Positions 14,147 to 22,264 of a DNA stretch of 38,933 nt are shown here, piece by piece; positions within the stretch are counted from its first letter, which is position 1, and each line of letters begins with the position of its first letter. A model generated the notes under the pieces. The model was not told where the DNA came from and searched no databases. It worked only from the letters and a program-made list of their open reading frames with translations. The stretch is from a virus. The stretch lies in IMG/VR virus record IMGVR_UViG_3300045988_053496; one strand, 5' to 3'. The translations under genes were made by a program, and so were the position numbers.

Positions 14147-15353
14147 GCGGGCTTTTTGCGGCGCGATCATCAGGGGCGACACCAGAGCGACGGACGCGGG
14201 GCTGAAAGCCGATTGGTTCACCGTGCCCGTTTGCCGACGTATATTCTCGGCGGCGCTGGCGATTGAGAGACAGGGACGGCCTTGCGACCTTGCGACGCTC
14301 GAAGAGATTCTTAGCGATGACGATCTCCACGAGGCAATCACCATCGCGGCGGAGACCGTCACGACGGCGCTTGCAGACCAGCAGGCGGACAACATCCGCC
14401 TCGCGGCAATGCGCAGGGAGATCGTCAAAACATGCCTAGAGACAGCGCGAACGGCGAACGAGGGCGAAATATCGACGACAGAGCTGCTAGACGGCGCTGT
14501 GATGCGATTAAATGCGCTCAGCGGACAAACAGACGACTGCGGTGTAATCAGCAGCACAGACGCGATTTGCGGCTTCTACGCGCGACTGACAAGCGGAGCG
14601 GTCGAGCCGGTCACAAAGACGGGCTTTCCCAAACTCGACAGGGCGCTGATGATTGCGGGCGGAAAACTGATCGTCGTCGGCGCGAGGCCGTCGGTCGGCA
14701 AGTCTGCGTTTCTGCTGCACCTTGCGGTTAAGGCGCTGGACGTTGGCCGGAAAATCCTGCTGGTATCGTGCGAGATGGGCGCGGATGAGATCATCGGGCG
14801 CATCGTGGCGCAGAAAAGCCGCGTATCGTCTGACAAGATCGAGCGTCACGAGCTGGACGACAGCGAAATTGTCAAAGTCGCGGAGAGTTTCGCAGAAATC
14901 CCTTCCGAGCAGCTTTTTATCAGCGAAAGGGTGCGAACTGTGCGCGACATAAGGCGCATGGCACTTAGAATCCGCGCGAGATGCGGGCTGGATATGATTG
15001 TCGTCGATTACTTGCAGCTTCTCGACGCGGGGCAGAAGACGAGCAACCGCTCGGAGGCGGTCGGCGTTGTCACACGAGCGCTTAAATCGCTGGCGATGGA
15101 GCTTAAAATCCCGATCCTGACCGCAAGTCAGCTTAACCGTGCAAGCGAGCGCAACGACGCGCCGAGGCTCTCCGATCTGCGCGAATCCGGCAGTATCGAG
15201 CAGGACGCGGACGCGGTGCTTCTTCTCCACGCGCCGGACGACAAGGACAACCCGGAAAGGCTGCTGTTCCTCGACAAAAACCGAGGCGGAGAATGCGGGA
15301 AAATCAGACTGTATTTTGACGGCGCGACCATGAGATTTTCAGAAATGCAATGA
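14106..15353 (+). CDS. Replicative DNA helicase, DnaB family
   Basis: Walker A GARPSVGKSAF. DMIVVDYLQLL, SQLNRASE and LRESGSIEQDADAV are DnaB C-terminal motifs. Confidence 0.92.
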   Translation: MNDPSQEATRAISERAFCGAIIRGDTRATDAGLKADWFTVPVCRRIFSAALAIERQGRPCDLATLEEILSDDDLHEAITIAAETVTTALADQQADNIRLAAMRREIVKTCLETARTANEGEISTTELLDGAVMRLNALSGQTDDCGVISSTDAICGFYARLTSGAVEPVTKTGFPKLDRALMIAGGKLIVVGARPSVGKSAFLLHLAVKALDVGRKILLVSCEMGADEIIGRIVAQKSRVSSDKIERHELDDSEIVKVAESFAEIPSEQLFISERVRTVRDIRRMALRIRARCGLDMIVVDYLQLLDAGQKTSNRSEAVGVVTRALKSLAMELKIPILTASQLNRASERNDAPRLSDLRESGSIEQDADAVLLLHAPDDKDNPERLLFLDKNRGGECGKIRLYFDGATMRFSEMQ

Positions 15354-15364
15354 CGGAGGAAAGC

Positions 15365-15739
15365 ATGAAAAAGCAAGTACCGACCGAATCCGAAGAGCAG
15401 CAGACCCTTTTCCGCTGGGCGGCGATGCAGAGCGGGAAATACCCAGAGCTTGCGCTGATGTTCCATATCCCCAACGAGGGGAAACGAAGCTGGATGACGG
15501 GCGGCAGGATGAAGGCCGAAGGGCTGAAAAGCGGAGTGCCTGACATCTTCCTGCCCGTCCCGCGTAGAGAGTTTCACGGGCTTTTTGTCGAGATGAAGCG
15601 GACGAAGGGCGGGACGGTCAGCGACTGTCAAAAGCTATGGCTGCATGACTTGCAAAAACAAGGCTATTGCGCGGCGGTGTGCCGGGGATGGTGCGAAGCT
15701 GCGGAGCAAATAAAAAAATATTTGGAGGCAAAAGCGTGA
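15365..15739 (+). CDS. VRR-NUC domain nuclease
   Basis: ESEEQQTLFRW...HIPNEG...GVPDIFL...FVEMKR is the PD-(D/E)XK VRR-NUC pattern. The ATG at 15365 has GGAGG 5 nt upstream (alternative start at 15350). Confidence 0.85.
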   Translation: MKKQVPTESEEQQTLFRWAAMQSGKYPELALMFHIPNEGKRSWMTGGRMKAEGLKSGVPDIFLPVPRREFHGLFVEMKRTKGGTVSDCQKLWLHDLQKQGYCAAVCRGWCEAAEQIKKYLEAKA

Positions 15740-16194
15740 ACAAGGTTTTTTTGATCGGGAATCTGACCCGCGACCCGGAAATGCGATCCACGCAGTCCGG
15801 CGTTGCGGTCTGCAACTTCACGATTGCGGTAAATCGCCGCTTTCGTAACCCGCAGACCGGTCAGCAGGAAACGGATTTTCTGAACGTCATCGCGTGGCGG
15901 CAGTTGGCCGAGCTGTGCAGCAAGTATCTTGCCAAAGGGCGCAAGGTAGCCGTGACGGGAAGCATCCAAACCCGCACCTACGAGGCGCAGGACGGAAGCA
16001 AGCGGACGGCGTGGGATATTGTCGCCGACGAGGTGGAGTTCCTGACGACGCAGAACCAGCAGAGCAGCACACAGAGCGCGCCGGGGGCATACACGACGGC
16101 GGCGAGCAAAGACAGCGGGACGGCCTATGCGCCGCAACCGCACAACGATTTTGGCGGGTTCACGCAGGTGGACGACGAAGAATTGCCGTTTTGA
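15736..16194 (+). CDS. ssb: Single-stranded DNA-binding protein
   Basis: NKVFLIGNLTRDPEMR...FLNVIAWRQLAE OB-fold motifs and an acidic tail DDEELPF. GTG start after ggagg. Confidence 0.93.
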   Translation: MNKVFLIGNLTRDPEMRSTQSGVAVCNFTIAVNRRFRNPQTGQQETDFLNVIAWRQLAELCSKYLAKGRKVAVTGSIQTRTYEAQDGSKRTAWDIVADEVEFLTTQNQQSSTQSAPGAYTTAASKDSGTAYAPQPHNDFGGFTQVDDEELPF

Positions 16195-16208
16195 TGGGAG
16201 GTTCAAGC

Positions 16209-16637
16209 GTGAATAGCTGTTTATTTTCAAGCGCAACCGTCGAGTGGGCAACGCCGCAGGCTCTTTTTGACGAGCTGGACGCGGAGTTCCATTTCAACCT
16301 TGACCCGTGCTGCACACATGAGAACGCGAAATGTGCGGAACACTTCACCAAGGTGGAGGATGGTCTTTCCCAAAATTGGGGGGGTAAAAGGGTATTTTGC
16401 AATCCGCCATACGGGCGAGAACTTCCGAAATGGATCAAGAAAGCGCACGACGAGGCCGAGAAAGGCGCGCTGGTGGTGATGCTCATTCCTGCGAGAACAG
16501 ACACCCGAGCCTTTCACGACTACATTTACCATCAAGCCGAGATTAGGTTTTTGAAAGGGCGGATCAAGTTTGGCAACGCGAAAGCGTCCGCGCCTTTTCC
16601 GTCGATGGTGGTTATTTTTAGAGGAGGAACGAAATGA
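16209..16637 (+). CDS. Phage Dam-type DNA N6-adenine methyltransferase
   Basis: WATPQALFDELDAEFHFNLDPC...NAKC...FCNPPYG...MLIPARTDTRAFH is the small phage Dam family pattern with NPPY. Confidence 0.85.
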   Translation: MNSCLFSSATVEWATPQALFDELDAEFHFNLDPCCTHENAKCAEHFTKVEDGLSQNWGGKRVFCNPPYGRELPKWIKKAHDEAEKGALVVMLIPARTDTRAFHDYIYHQAEIRFLKGRIKFGNAKASAPFPSMVVIFRGGTK

Positions 16638-16963
16638 ACGATTTGAACGAATTGCGAAATGAAATCTACGATGACGCGGTGAAACATGGGCTGTGGGAGT
16701 TTAGGGAGAATTGTGCTTGGCTTGACGAACTGGACGAGATGACGGAAGAAGACAAGAAGGATTATTGCGTCGATGTAATTGCAGGAGAGGTAGACGAGTT
16801 AAGGCAAGCAGTGAACGAAAAAGAAGAACATTTTGCTGAGGAGATGGCGGACGTTATCATCACAGCGCTGTCTGCCGCCGGGTATCTGGGCATCGACATT
16901 GACAAGGCGGTGCGGGCGAAGATGGAGATCAACCGAGGGCGTGAATGGAGGCATGGGAAATGA
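16634..16963 (+). CDS. MazG-like nucleotide pyrophosphohydrolase
   Basis: GEVDELRQAV...EEMADVIITALSAAGYLGIDIDKAV..K...N is the EExxE/D metal-binding helix pattern. Confidence 0.75.
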   Translation: MNDLNELRNEIYDDAVKHGLWEFRENCAWLDELDEMTEEDKKDYCVDVIAGEVDELRQAVNEKEEHFAEEMADVIITALSAAGYLGIDIDKAVRAKMEINRGREWRHGK

Positions 16964-17925
16964 GCCTTATCGAGTATGACCTTTTCGGGCAAAAGCGGGA
17001 CAAGGTGCAGACGGCAATAGACCGGCTGCGGGCGTTCGAGCCTAAAGATGGGTATTTCCTTGCGTTTTCGGGTGGAAAAGACAGCCAGTGCATCTATCAT
17101 TTGGCAAAGATGGCAGGCGTGAAGTTTGACGCGCACTATCATGTGACAAGCGTTGACCCGCCGGAGCTGGTGCAGTTTATCAAGGCACAATATCCCGATG
17201 TCCACAGAGATATCCCGCACGACAAAGACGGGAAGCCGGTGACGATGTGGAGCTTGATTGCGCAGCATACGATTCCGCCAATGCGACAATTTCGATATTG
17301 CTGTGGCGAACTCAAAGAGGTTTCTGGAAAAGGAAAAATTGTCGTTACCGGCGTAAGATGGGCTGAAAGCGCAAGGCGAAAGAATCTGCATGGAATCGTC
17401 AATATCAGAACCGAAGACAAAAAGTTTATCGGGCGCGCATTGGACGTAAAAGGAGTATCCTTGAATGTTCGTGGCGGACTGATTATGAACGATGACAACG
17501 ACGATGCGAGACGAATGGTTGAGCACTGTTTCCGCACAAAGAAAACGATGGTAAATCCCATTGTTGATTGGACAGATGACGACGTATGGGAGTTTCTGGA
17601 CAATATCGCCAAAGTGCCGCACTGCAAGCTGTATGACCCGCCATACAGCAAAAAGCGCCTTGGCTGTATTGGCTGTATGATGTCGGGGAATAAGGCGATG
17701 ATCGCGGATTTTGAACAATACCCAAAGTATAAGACGGCGTATATCAAGGCTTTCGATAAAATGATCGTCAATCATCCGGGAAATTATATAAGCCTGCTCG
17801 GCAAACGCATCCCGACAGACAAGCTGTGTGGCAGTCAAGTGCTTGACTGGTGGATTTGGTGGAGCGACAAGAAACCGAAAATCGAGAATTTGCCGGAATC
17901 ACTTAAAAAATTATGGGAGGGATGA
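16960..17925 (+). CDS. PAPS-reductase-family (PP-loop ATPase) protein
   Basis: FLAFSGGKDSQCIYHL is the SGGKDS PP-loop. Size and layout match phage PAPS reductase-like proteins. Confidence 0.8.
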   Translation: MSLIEYDLFGQKRDKVQTAIDRLRAFEPKDGYFLAFSGGKDSQCIYHLAKMAGVKFDAHYHVTSVDPPELVQFIKAQYPDVHRDIPHDKDGKPVTMWSLIAQHTIPPMRQFRYCCGELKEVSGKGKIVVTGVRWAESARRKNLHGIVNIRTEDKKFIGRALDVKGVSLNVRGGLIMNDDNDDARRMVEHCFRTKKTMVNPIVDWTDDDVWEFLDNIAKVPHCKLYDPPYSKKRLGCIGCMMSGNKAMIADFEQYPKYKTAYIKAFDKMIVNHPGNYISLLGKRIPTDKLCGSQVLDWWIWWSDKKPKIENLPESLKKLWEG

Positions 17926-17928
17926 CCG

Positions 17929-18537
17929 ATGAAATGTAAATGGTACGCCGATTTTGAGGGCACATGCACCAATGGCGAGTGTCCGTATCGCGGCGACACA
18001 TGCCCGACGAGCGAACACCCGGAGGTATGCAAACACGCGGAAGAAGCTCCCGAAATTCCGCAGTTGAGCACGGAAGAGCTGGTCAAGTCGCTGAGGCTCT
18101 GCGATAGCGCGAATTGCGTCGGTTGCACACTTTATGGGTTTTACGACTGCGGCAGCATCATAAATCCGCAAGCTGCCGACATGCTCGAAAAGCTGGCGGC
18201 AGAGAAGAACGCGAAGAAGTCGGAGTGGATCAGCGTCAAAGATGGGCCGCCGGAGAACGAGCAAGAAGTCCTTATCTACTGTAACCGTGGTGGATTTAAG
18301 TTTGTCTGCCCGGCTATTTATGAAGACGGAACCATGTTGACGCAGAATAGCCGCTGGAACTGGAACGACTTAGAAGAGTACGGCACTTATAGTGAAGAAA
18401 ATGATGATTATTTCGTGGCGAAAGGCTGGTGGGAGAATAGGCAGTTTACCCCGGACGATGTGTATAACTGCCCAGTAGACTGCGAAGTCACTCACTGGAT
18501 GGCGCTGCCCAAACCGCCGAAGGAGGAAGAGCGATGA
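17929..18537 (+). CDS. Cys-rich N-terminal domain fused to a DUF551-like C-terminal domain
   Basis: C-terminal EWISVKDGPPENEQEVLIY...VTHWMALPKPP is the DUF551 pattern. Confidence 0.65.
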   Translation: MKCKWYADFEGTCTNGECPYRGDTCPTSEHPEVCKHAEEAPEIPQLSTEELVKSLRLCDSANCVGCTLYGFYDCGSIINPQAADMLEKLAAEKNAKKSEWISVKDGPPENEQEVLIYCNRGGFKFVCPAIYEDGTMLTQNSRWNWNDLEEYGTYSEENDDYFVAKGWWENRQFTPDDVYNCPVDCEVTHWMALPKPPKEEER

Positions 18538-18704
18538 AAACGCCTGACGAAATCAAGAAGGCTGTGAGACTGTGCATTTTGAGTGAGAACTGCAAGGCTT
18601 GCCCATATTACGAGGACGTGAATTGTAGTACAATGCTGATGTTTGACGTTTTCGCCTGCATCGAGCAGCTTGAAGCGGAAAGAGAGGGAAAGAGCCATGA
18701 GTGA
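18534..18704 (+). CDS. Small Cys-motif protein (56 aa, below the ORF-track cutoff), paralogous to a segment of the previous protein
   Basis: ATG overlaps the upstream stop (ATGA). AVRLCILSENCKACPYY compares with SLRLCDSANCVGCTLY in the 17929 protein. Confidence 0.5.
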   Translation: MKTPDEIKKAVRLCILSENCKACPYYEDVNCSTMLMFDVFACIEQLEAEREGKSHE

Positions 18705-19131
18705 AAAACCGAAATGCCCCGGATGCGGGGCTGACATGGAGTTGGTGCATTTGTGTAACGCCGCATTTTGCTACGTCTGCAAATGCGGCTGGGATTCGCC
18801 AGTCGGCATTGATTCTGAATCGGCGTTCCGAATGGCGATGCGCCGCACCGAGCCGAAGAACCGCGTGCTGACGCTGGAAGAAGTGGAAGCGTATTGCGAA
18901 GGCGGCGCAGATGTTACGCCGCTGTGGTATGAGAGAAAGGATCATAGCGACATAAATCGCTGGATGGTGATTGACCTTCCAGAACTTGCTTTCGGCAGCG
19001 CGGCAACGGTAAAGCGTTTGGTAAATAGCCCATTTTTTGAATCAACATATGGGGAAAAATGGCGCTGCTGGCTGCGCAAACCGACGAATGAAGAAATGGA
19101 GGGAACGCCATGGGAAGAGAACAGGGCATGA
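18697..19131 (+). CDS. Lar-like zinc-ribbon (restriction-alleviation-family-like) N-terminus with a WRCW..KPT..E...PW C-terminal motif
   Basis: KCPGCGADMELV....CYVCKCGW.....SESAFRMAMRR resembles Lar-family CPxCG...CxxC...A...WNRR. Confidence 0.5.
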   Translation: MSEKPKCPGCGADMELVHLCNAAFCYVCKCGWDSPVGIDSESAFRMAMRRTEPKNRVLTLEEVEAYCEGGADVTPLWYERKDHSDINRWMVIDLPELAFGSAATVKRLVNSPFFESTYGEKWRCWLRKPTNEEMEGTPWEENRA

Positions 19132-19562
19132 TGATTCAATTCACAATGGAATTTGTGGTTCGATTTCTTTTGAGCGCAATCCTCTTGACCATCCTGACCT
19201 TGCTTATACTTTCTTTTAAGCGTCGCCTTGAGGACACAAAATGGAAGAAAGAAAATCGGACGCTGTGGCTAAGACACTATTACGAGATGCATCCAAATCA
19301 AATCATGCTGTACAGCGATGTCATATACATGGCAAAAGAGGGATTACAAGAGGTCGTATATGTGGAGTGGCGCAACGATTATGACGATTACGCAAGACCG
19401 AATCTGACGAAAAACGGCGATATACAGTTCGAGCTGATAGGAGAGGGAAAAAGCGCGGCATTTAAGGCAGAGGATTATAACGTAAAATTCCGTTGTTGGC
19501 TGCGCAAGCCGACAGAAGCGGAAAGGCGGGAAACGCCGTGGGCAGGTGATAGCCGTGAATGA
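19110..19562 (+). CDS. Membrane-anchored hypothetical protein sharing the FRCWLRKPT..E...PW C-terminal motif
   Basis: N-terminal TM helix FLLSAILLTILTLLILSF. RBS ggaggg lies 7 nt upstream of 19110. Confidence 0.6.
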   Translation: MGREQGMMIQFTMEFVVRFLLSAILLTILTLLILSFKRRLEDTKWKKENRTLWLRHYYEMHPNQIMLYSDVIYMAKEGLQEVVYVEWRNDYDDYARPNLTKNGDIQFELIGEGKSAAFKAEDYNVKFRCWLRKPTEAERRETPWAGDSRE

Positions 19563-19755
19563 CGCGCCATGCCGCGACTGCGCGAGCCGCGAGGTCGGCT
19601 GTCACGCGGGATGATGCGAGAGATACAAGGCGTATGCGGACGGACGGAAGACGGCGCTGGAAAACCGCTACACGGCTTGTATAGAAGGCACGGGCAAAAA
19701 GCGCAGTCACGAGCGCTGGCTGAAGTTTCAGAGAAAGACACAAAAAGGAGGTTAA
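19555..19755 (+). pseudogene. Small Cys-rich ORF interrupted by an in-frame TGA (19612-19614)
   Basis: Reads VNDAPCRDCASREVGCHAG-TGA-CERYKAYADGRKTALENRYTACIEGTGKKRSHERWLKFQRKTQKGG. The downstream part has no start codon of its own. Confidence 0.45.
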
Positions 19756-19757
19756 TA

Positions 19758-20186
19758 ATGCAGTTGACGGAAGCGGACAAGCGAACGCTGCTTGACACGC
19801 GAAAAAAGCGCAAGGCGTATGTGAGGACGGAGGAAGCCTACGAGGAAGAGAAAGCCGCCTATCTGACGGCGCAGAAGCTCACGGGCATGCCGTCCGGCTC
19901 ATCCAGTGGTGCAGGGCTTGAAGCATATGTCATACGGCGCGACAAGGCTTTCGAGGCACTGCATGCCGCGAGCATGGCATACGCTATGGCGATATACGCG
20001 GCTCTGGACGTGATCGACAAGATCATCTTGCAGATCGAAACGCCGGAGAAGGTCAGCAGGGTGCGCGAGTTTTGCAAGGCGTATTTTATCGAGGGATTGT
20101 CCGTCACTGAGGCGACGGCGCGTCAAGGGTTGGCTGAAAGCACGGGCTGGGCGTACAAGAGGGAGATTATAGGCGACTTGCAGTAG
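19758..20186 (+). CDS. Putative late-gene transcriptional regulator (sigma-70 region-4-like HTH; ArpU/RinA-like position)
   Basis: ATG at 19758 after aaaaaggagg. C-terminal FIEGLSVTEATARQGLAESTGWAYKREI HTH. Located just upstream of the packaging genes. Confidence 0.55.
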   Translation: MQLTEADKRTLLDTRKKRKAYVRTEEAYEEEKAAYLTAQKLTGMPSGSSSGAGLEAYVIRRDKAFEALHAASMAYAMAIYAALDVIDKIILQIETPEKVSRVREFCKAYFIEGLSVTEATARQGLAESTGWAYKREIIGDLQ

Positions 20187-20432
20187 ACTTATAGAGCGGT
20201 TGGAGCTACACATAGAGTGCGACCGTGTGATAACATTAAAATCAGCGGAGAGCGCAAAGCGCAGGACGCTGGGCTATAATCAGCAGCAAAGCCGCGGCGA
20301 ACGTCACGGCTTTTGTTTTGGGGTGATTTGCGCTTTACCTCCGGCGCAGATCGGGACGCAACGCAACAGGGACGCAGAGTGGGAGCGGCGTTGATTATGC
20401 TGATTCAGGAGGATGTGCAGGGAGGCGAAATT

Positions 20433-21068
20433 ATGGAGATCAAGCGCGTCAAGCTGTCGGAAATCCGGCCATACGAGAAGAACCCGCGCAAGAATGACAG
20501 AGCGGTTGATGCTGTCGCCGCGTCGATTAAAGAGTTCGGCTGGCAGCAGCCCATCGTCGTTGACAAGGACGGAGTTATCATTGCCGGTCATACCCGGTAC
20601 AAAGCCGCGAAAAAGCTGAAATGCAAGGAAGTCCCTGTTGTATACGCGGACAACCTGACCGAAGAGCAGGTCAAGGCGTATAGGCTGGCGGACAACAAGA
20701 CGAGCGAGCTTGCGGAGTGGGACGCTGATCTGCTTTCCGAAGAATTGCTTGATCTCCAAGATTTCGACATGGGGCAGTTTGGATTCGATGATTTTAACGC
20801 AGACATTCAGGAGATTGAGGAAGCGCACGAGGATGAATATGAGGTTTCTTTGCCAGAAGAACCGAAGGCGAAGATTGCAGACATATATCAGCTCGGAAGG
20901 CACAGACTGATGTGCGGTGACAGTACAAATCCTGAGTGTGTTTCCAAACTATGTGAGGGGGGTACGTTGACCTTCTTCTTACAGACCCACCTTATGGGGT
21001 TGACTATACTGGTTCGACGAAAGAAAAGCTCAAGATCAAGAACGATGCGCTTGACGACGATTCCTTAA
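20433..21068 (+). CDS. ParB-like nuclease domain portion of a ParB-MTase fusion, truncated by a frameshift at a G6 tract
   Basis: IRPYEKNPRKND...IIAGHTRYKAAKKL is the ParB N-terminal domain. The sequence after 20962 (TLTFFLQTHLMG...) is out-of-frame read-through. Confidence 0.8.
   Translation: MEIKRVKLSEIRPYEKNPRKNDRAVDAVAASIKEFGWQQPIVVDKDGVIIAGHTRYKAAKKLKCKEVPVVYADNLTEEQVKAYRLADNKTSELAEWDADLLSEELLDLQDFDMGQFGFDDFNADIQEIEEAHEDEYEVSLPEEPKAKIADIYQLGRHRLMCGDSTNPECVSKLCEGGTLTFFLQTHLMGLTILVRRKKSSRSRTMRLTTIP
20957..20962. repeat. G6 homopolymer at the frame junction of the ParB-MTase
   Basis: gaGGGGGGtac. One extra G, or a -1 slip on G_GGG_GGT, joins the two frames. Confidence 0.9.
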
Positions 21069-21598
21069 AAGAAATGCTTGCCAGTGCATTTTCGGCTGCT
21101 GACTCCGTTATGAAACCGGGTGCAGTATTTTACATCTGGCACTCAGATTCAAAAGCACTTGTCTTTAGAATCGCGTGCCAGATGGTCGGCTGGGAAGTTC
21201 GTCAAGTTCTCATTTGGGCAAAAAACTCCCTTGTTCTGGGCAGAAAAGATTACCAATTGAAGCATGAACCGTGTCTGTACGGGTGGAAGTCTGGCGCTGG
21301 TCATCTGTGGGCATCTGACAGAAAACAGACGACGATTCTTGAATTCGATAAGCCGCTCGCAAACAAGGAACATCCGACGATGAAGCCTGTTAAGCTCTTT
21401 GACTATCAGATCCAGAACAACACAAAGGGCGGAGATATTGTTCTTGACCTCTTTGGTGGATCTGGAACGACCATTATTGCCTGTGAACAGAACGGTCGAA
21501 ACGCGAGGGTGATGGAACTCGACCCGAAATATGTTGATGTGATCATCGACAGATGGGAAACTATGACGGGCGAAAAGGCGGTGCTTGTTAATGCTTGA
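20957..21598 (+). CDS. N4/N6 DNA methyltransferase catalytic portion of the same fusion (shifted frame; first ATG only at 21074)
   Basis: This frame opens exactly at the G6 tract and reads YVDLLLTDPPYGVDY...HPTMKPVKL...VLDLFGGSGTTIIACEQ. These are the DPPY and FxGxG motifs. Confidence 0.8.
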   Translation, partial: GGYVDLLLTDPPYGVDYTGSTKEKLKIKNDALDDDSLKEMLASAFSAADSVMKPGAVFYIWHSDSKALVFRIACQMVGWEVRQVLIWAKNSLVLGRKDYQLKHEPCLYGWKSGAGHLWASDRKQTTILEFDKPLANKEHPTMKPVKLFDYQIQNNTKGGDIVLDLFGGSGTTIIACEQNGRNARVMELDPKYVDVIIDRWETMTGEKAVLVNA

Positions 21599-21755
21599 TA
21601 AAGCCAGAGAGCAACACGTCAAAAAAATTAAAGAACTGGAAGAAGAGGCAAAAAGCGCTGGAACTGTCAGAAAAAGAGACTTGATAAAAGCGATCAAAAG
21701 AATGAAAGATGAATTGACGCTGTACGACAGTTACCATGCTCATGCAAAAAGGTAA
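21591..21755 (+). CDS. Small coiled-coil protein (54 aa, below the ORF-track cutoff)
   Basis: MLDKAREQHVKKIKELEEEAKSAGTVRKRDLIKAIKRMKDELTLYDSYHAHAKR fills the gap between the MTase and terS. Confidence 0.45.
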   Translation: MLDKAREQHVKKIKELEEEAKSAGTVRKRDLIKAIKRMKDELTLYDSYHAHAKR

Positions 21756-21772
21756 AAGGGGAGTGCGAAGAT

Positions 21773-22264
21773 GTGCCGACGGTGGACTGGGAGCGGATAA
21801 GAGCCGAGTATATAGCAGGCGGCGCATCCATACGCAATCTAGCTGACAAGTACGGAATTTCCAAGGACGCGGTCGGACGAAGAGCGAAAGCGGAAAAGTG
21901 GAAAGAGACCCGCGACAAAACCGCGACAAAAGTGCGACAAAGGACAAATGAGCGCATTGTTGCGCAGAAAGTGGACGAAGCCGCGAATAACGCTGTTATT
22001 GCTGCAAGAATTCGGTCAAAGCTGCTTCTCCGACTGGAAAGCGAGATAGACGCTCTTCCCAGTAGCATCGGAACGGAGAGTGCAAAGGACATCATCAAGT
22101 CTGAGAAAGGCGGAGGAAGACGTGAGGTCATGTCGAAGCGTTGGCGGCTTCGCGATCTGACGGCGGCTTATAAAGATTTGACGGCAGACATGGACTTGGC
22201 GGATGTTGACACCGAAGACATTGACGCGACACGCGAAGAGGTATATGGTGATGAAGACACGTAA
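21773..22264 (+). CDS. terS: Terminase small subunit
   Basis: N-terminal HTH ASIRNLADKYGISKDAVGRRAKAEKW. Directly upstream of terL. GTG start. Confidence 0.8.
   Translation: MPTVDWERIRAEYIAGGASIRNLADKYGISKDAVGRRAKAEKWKETRDKTATKVRQRTNERIVAQKVDEAANNAVIAARIRSKLLLRLESEIDALPSSIGTESAKDIIKSEKGGGRREVMSKRWRLRDLTAAYKDLTADMDLADVDTEDIDATREEVYGDEDT

Noticed and set aside
19569-19757. N-terminal extension of ORF 19569..20186
   Set aside because: This is an Arg-rich frame with no RBS. The regulator has a strong RBS and ATG at 19758, and another frame over this interval carries the interrupted Cys-rich ORF.
20200-20394. 64-aa ORF in the gap before the ParB-MTase
   Set aside because: It has no RBS, its composition is not protein-like, and it overlaps promoter-like and hairpin elements.
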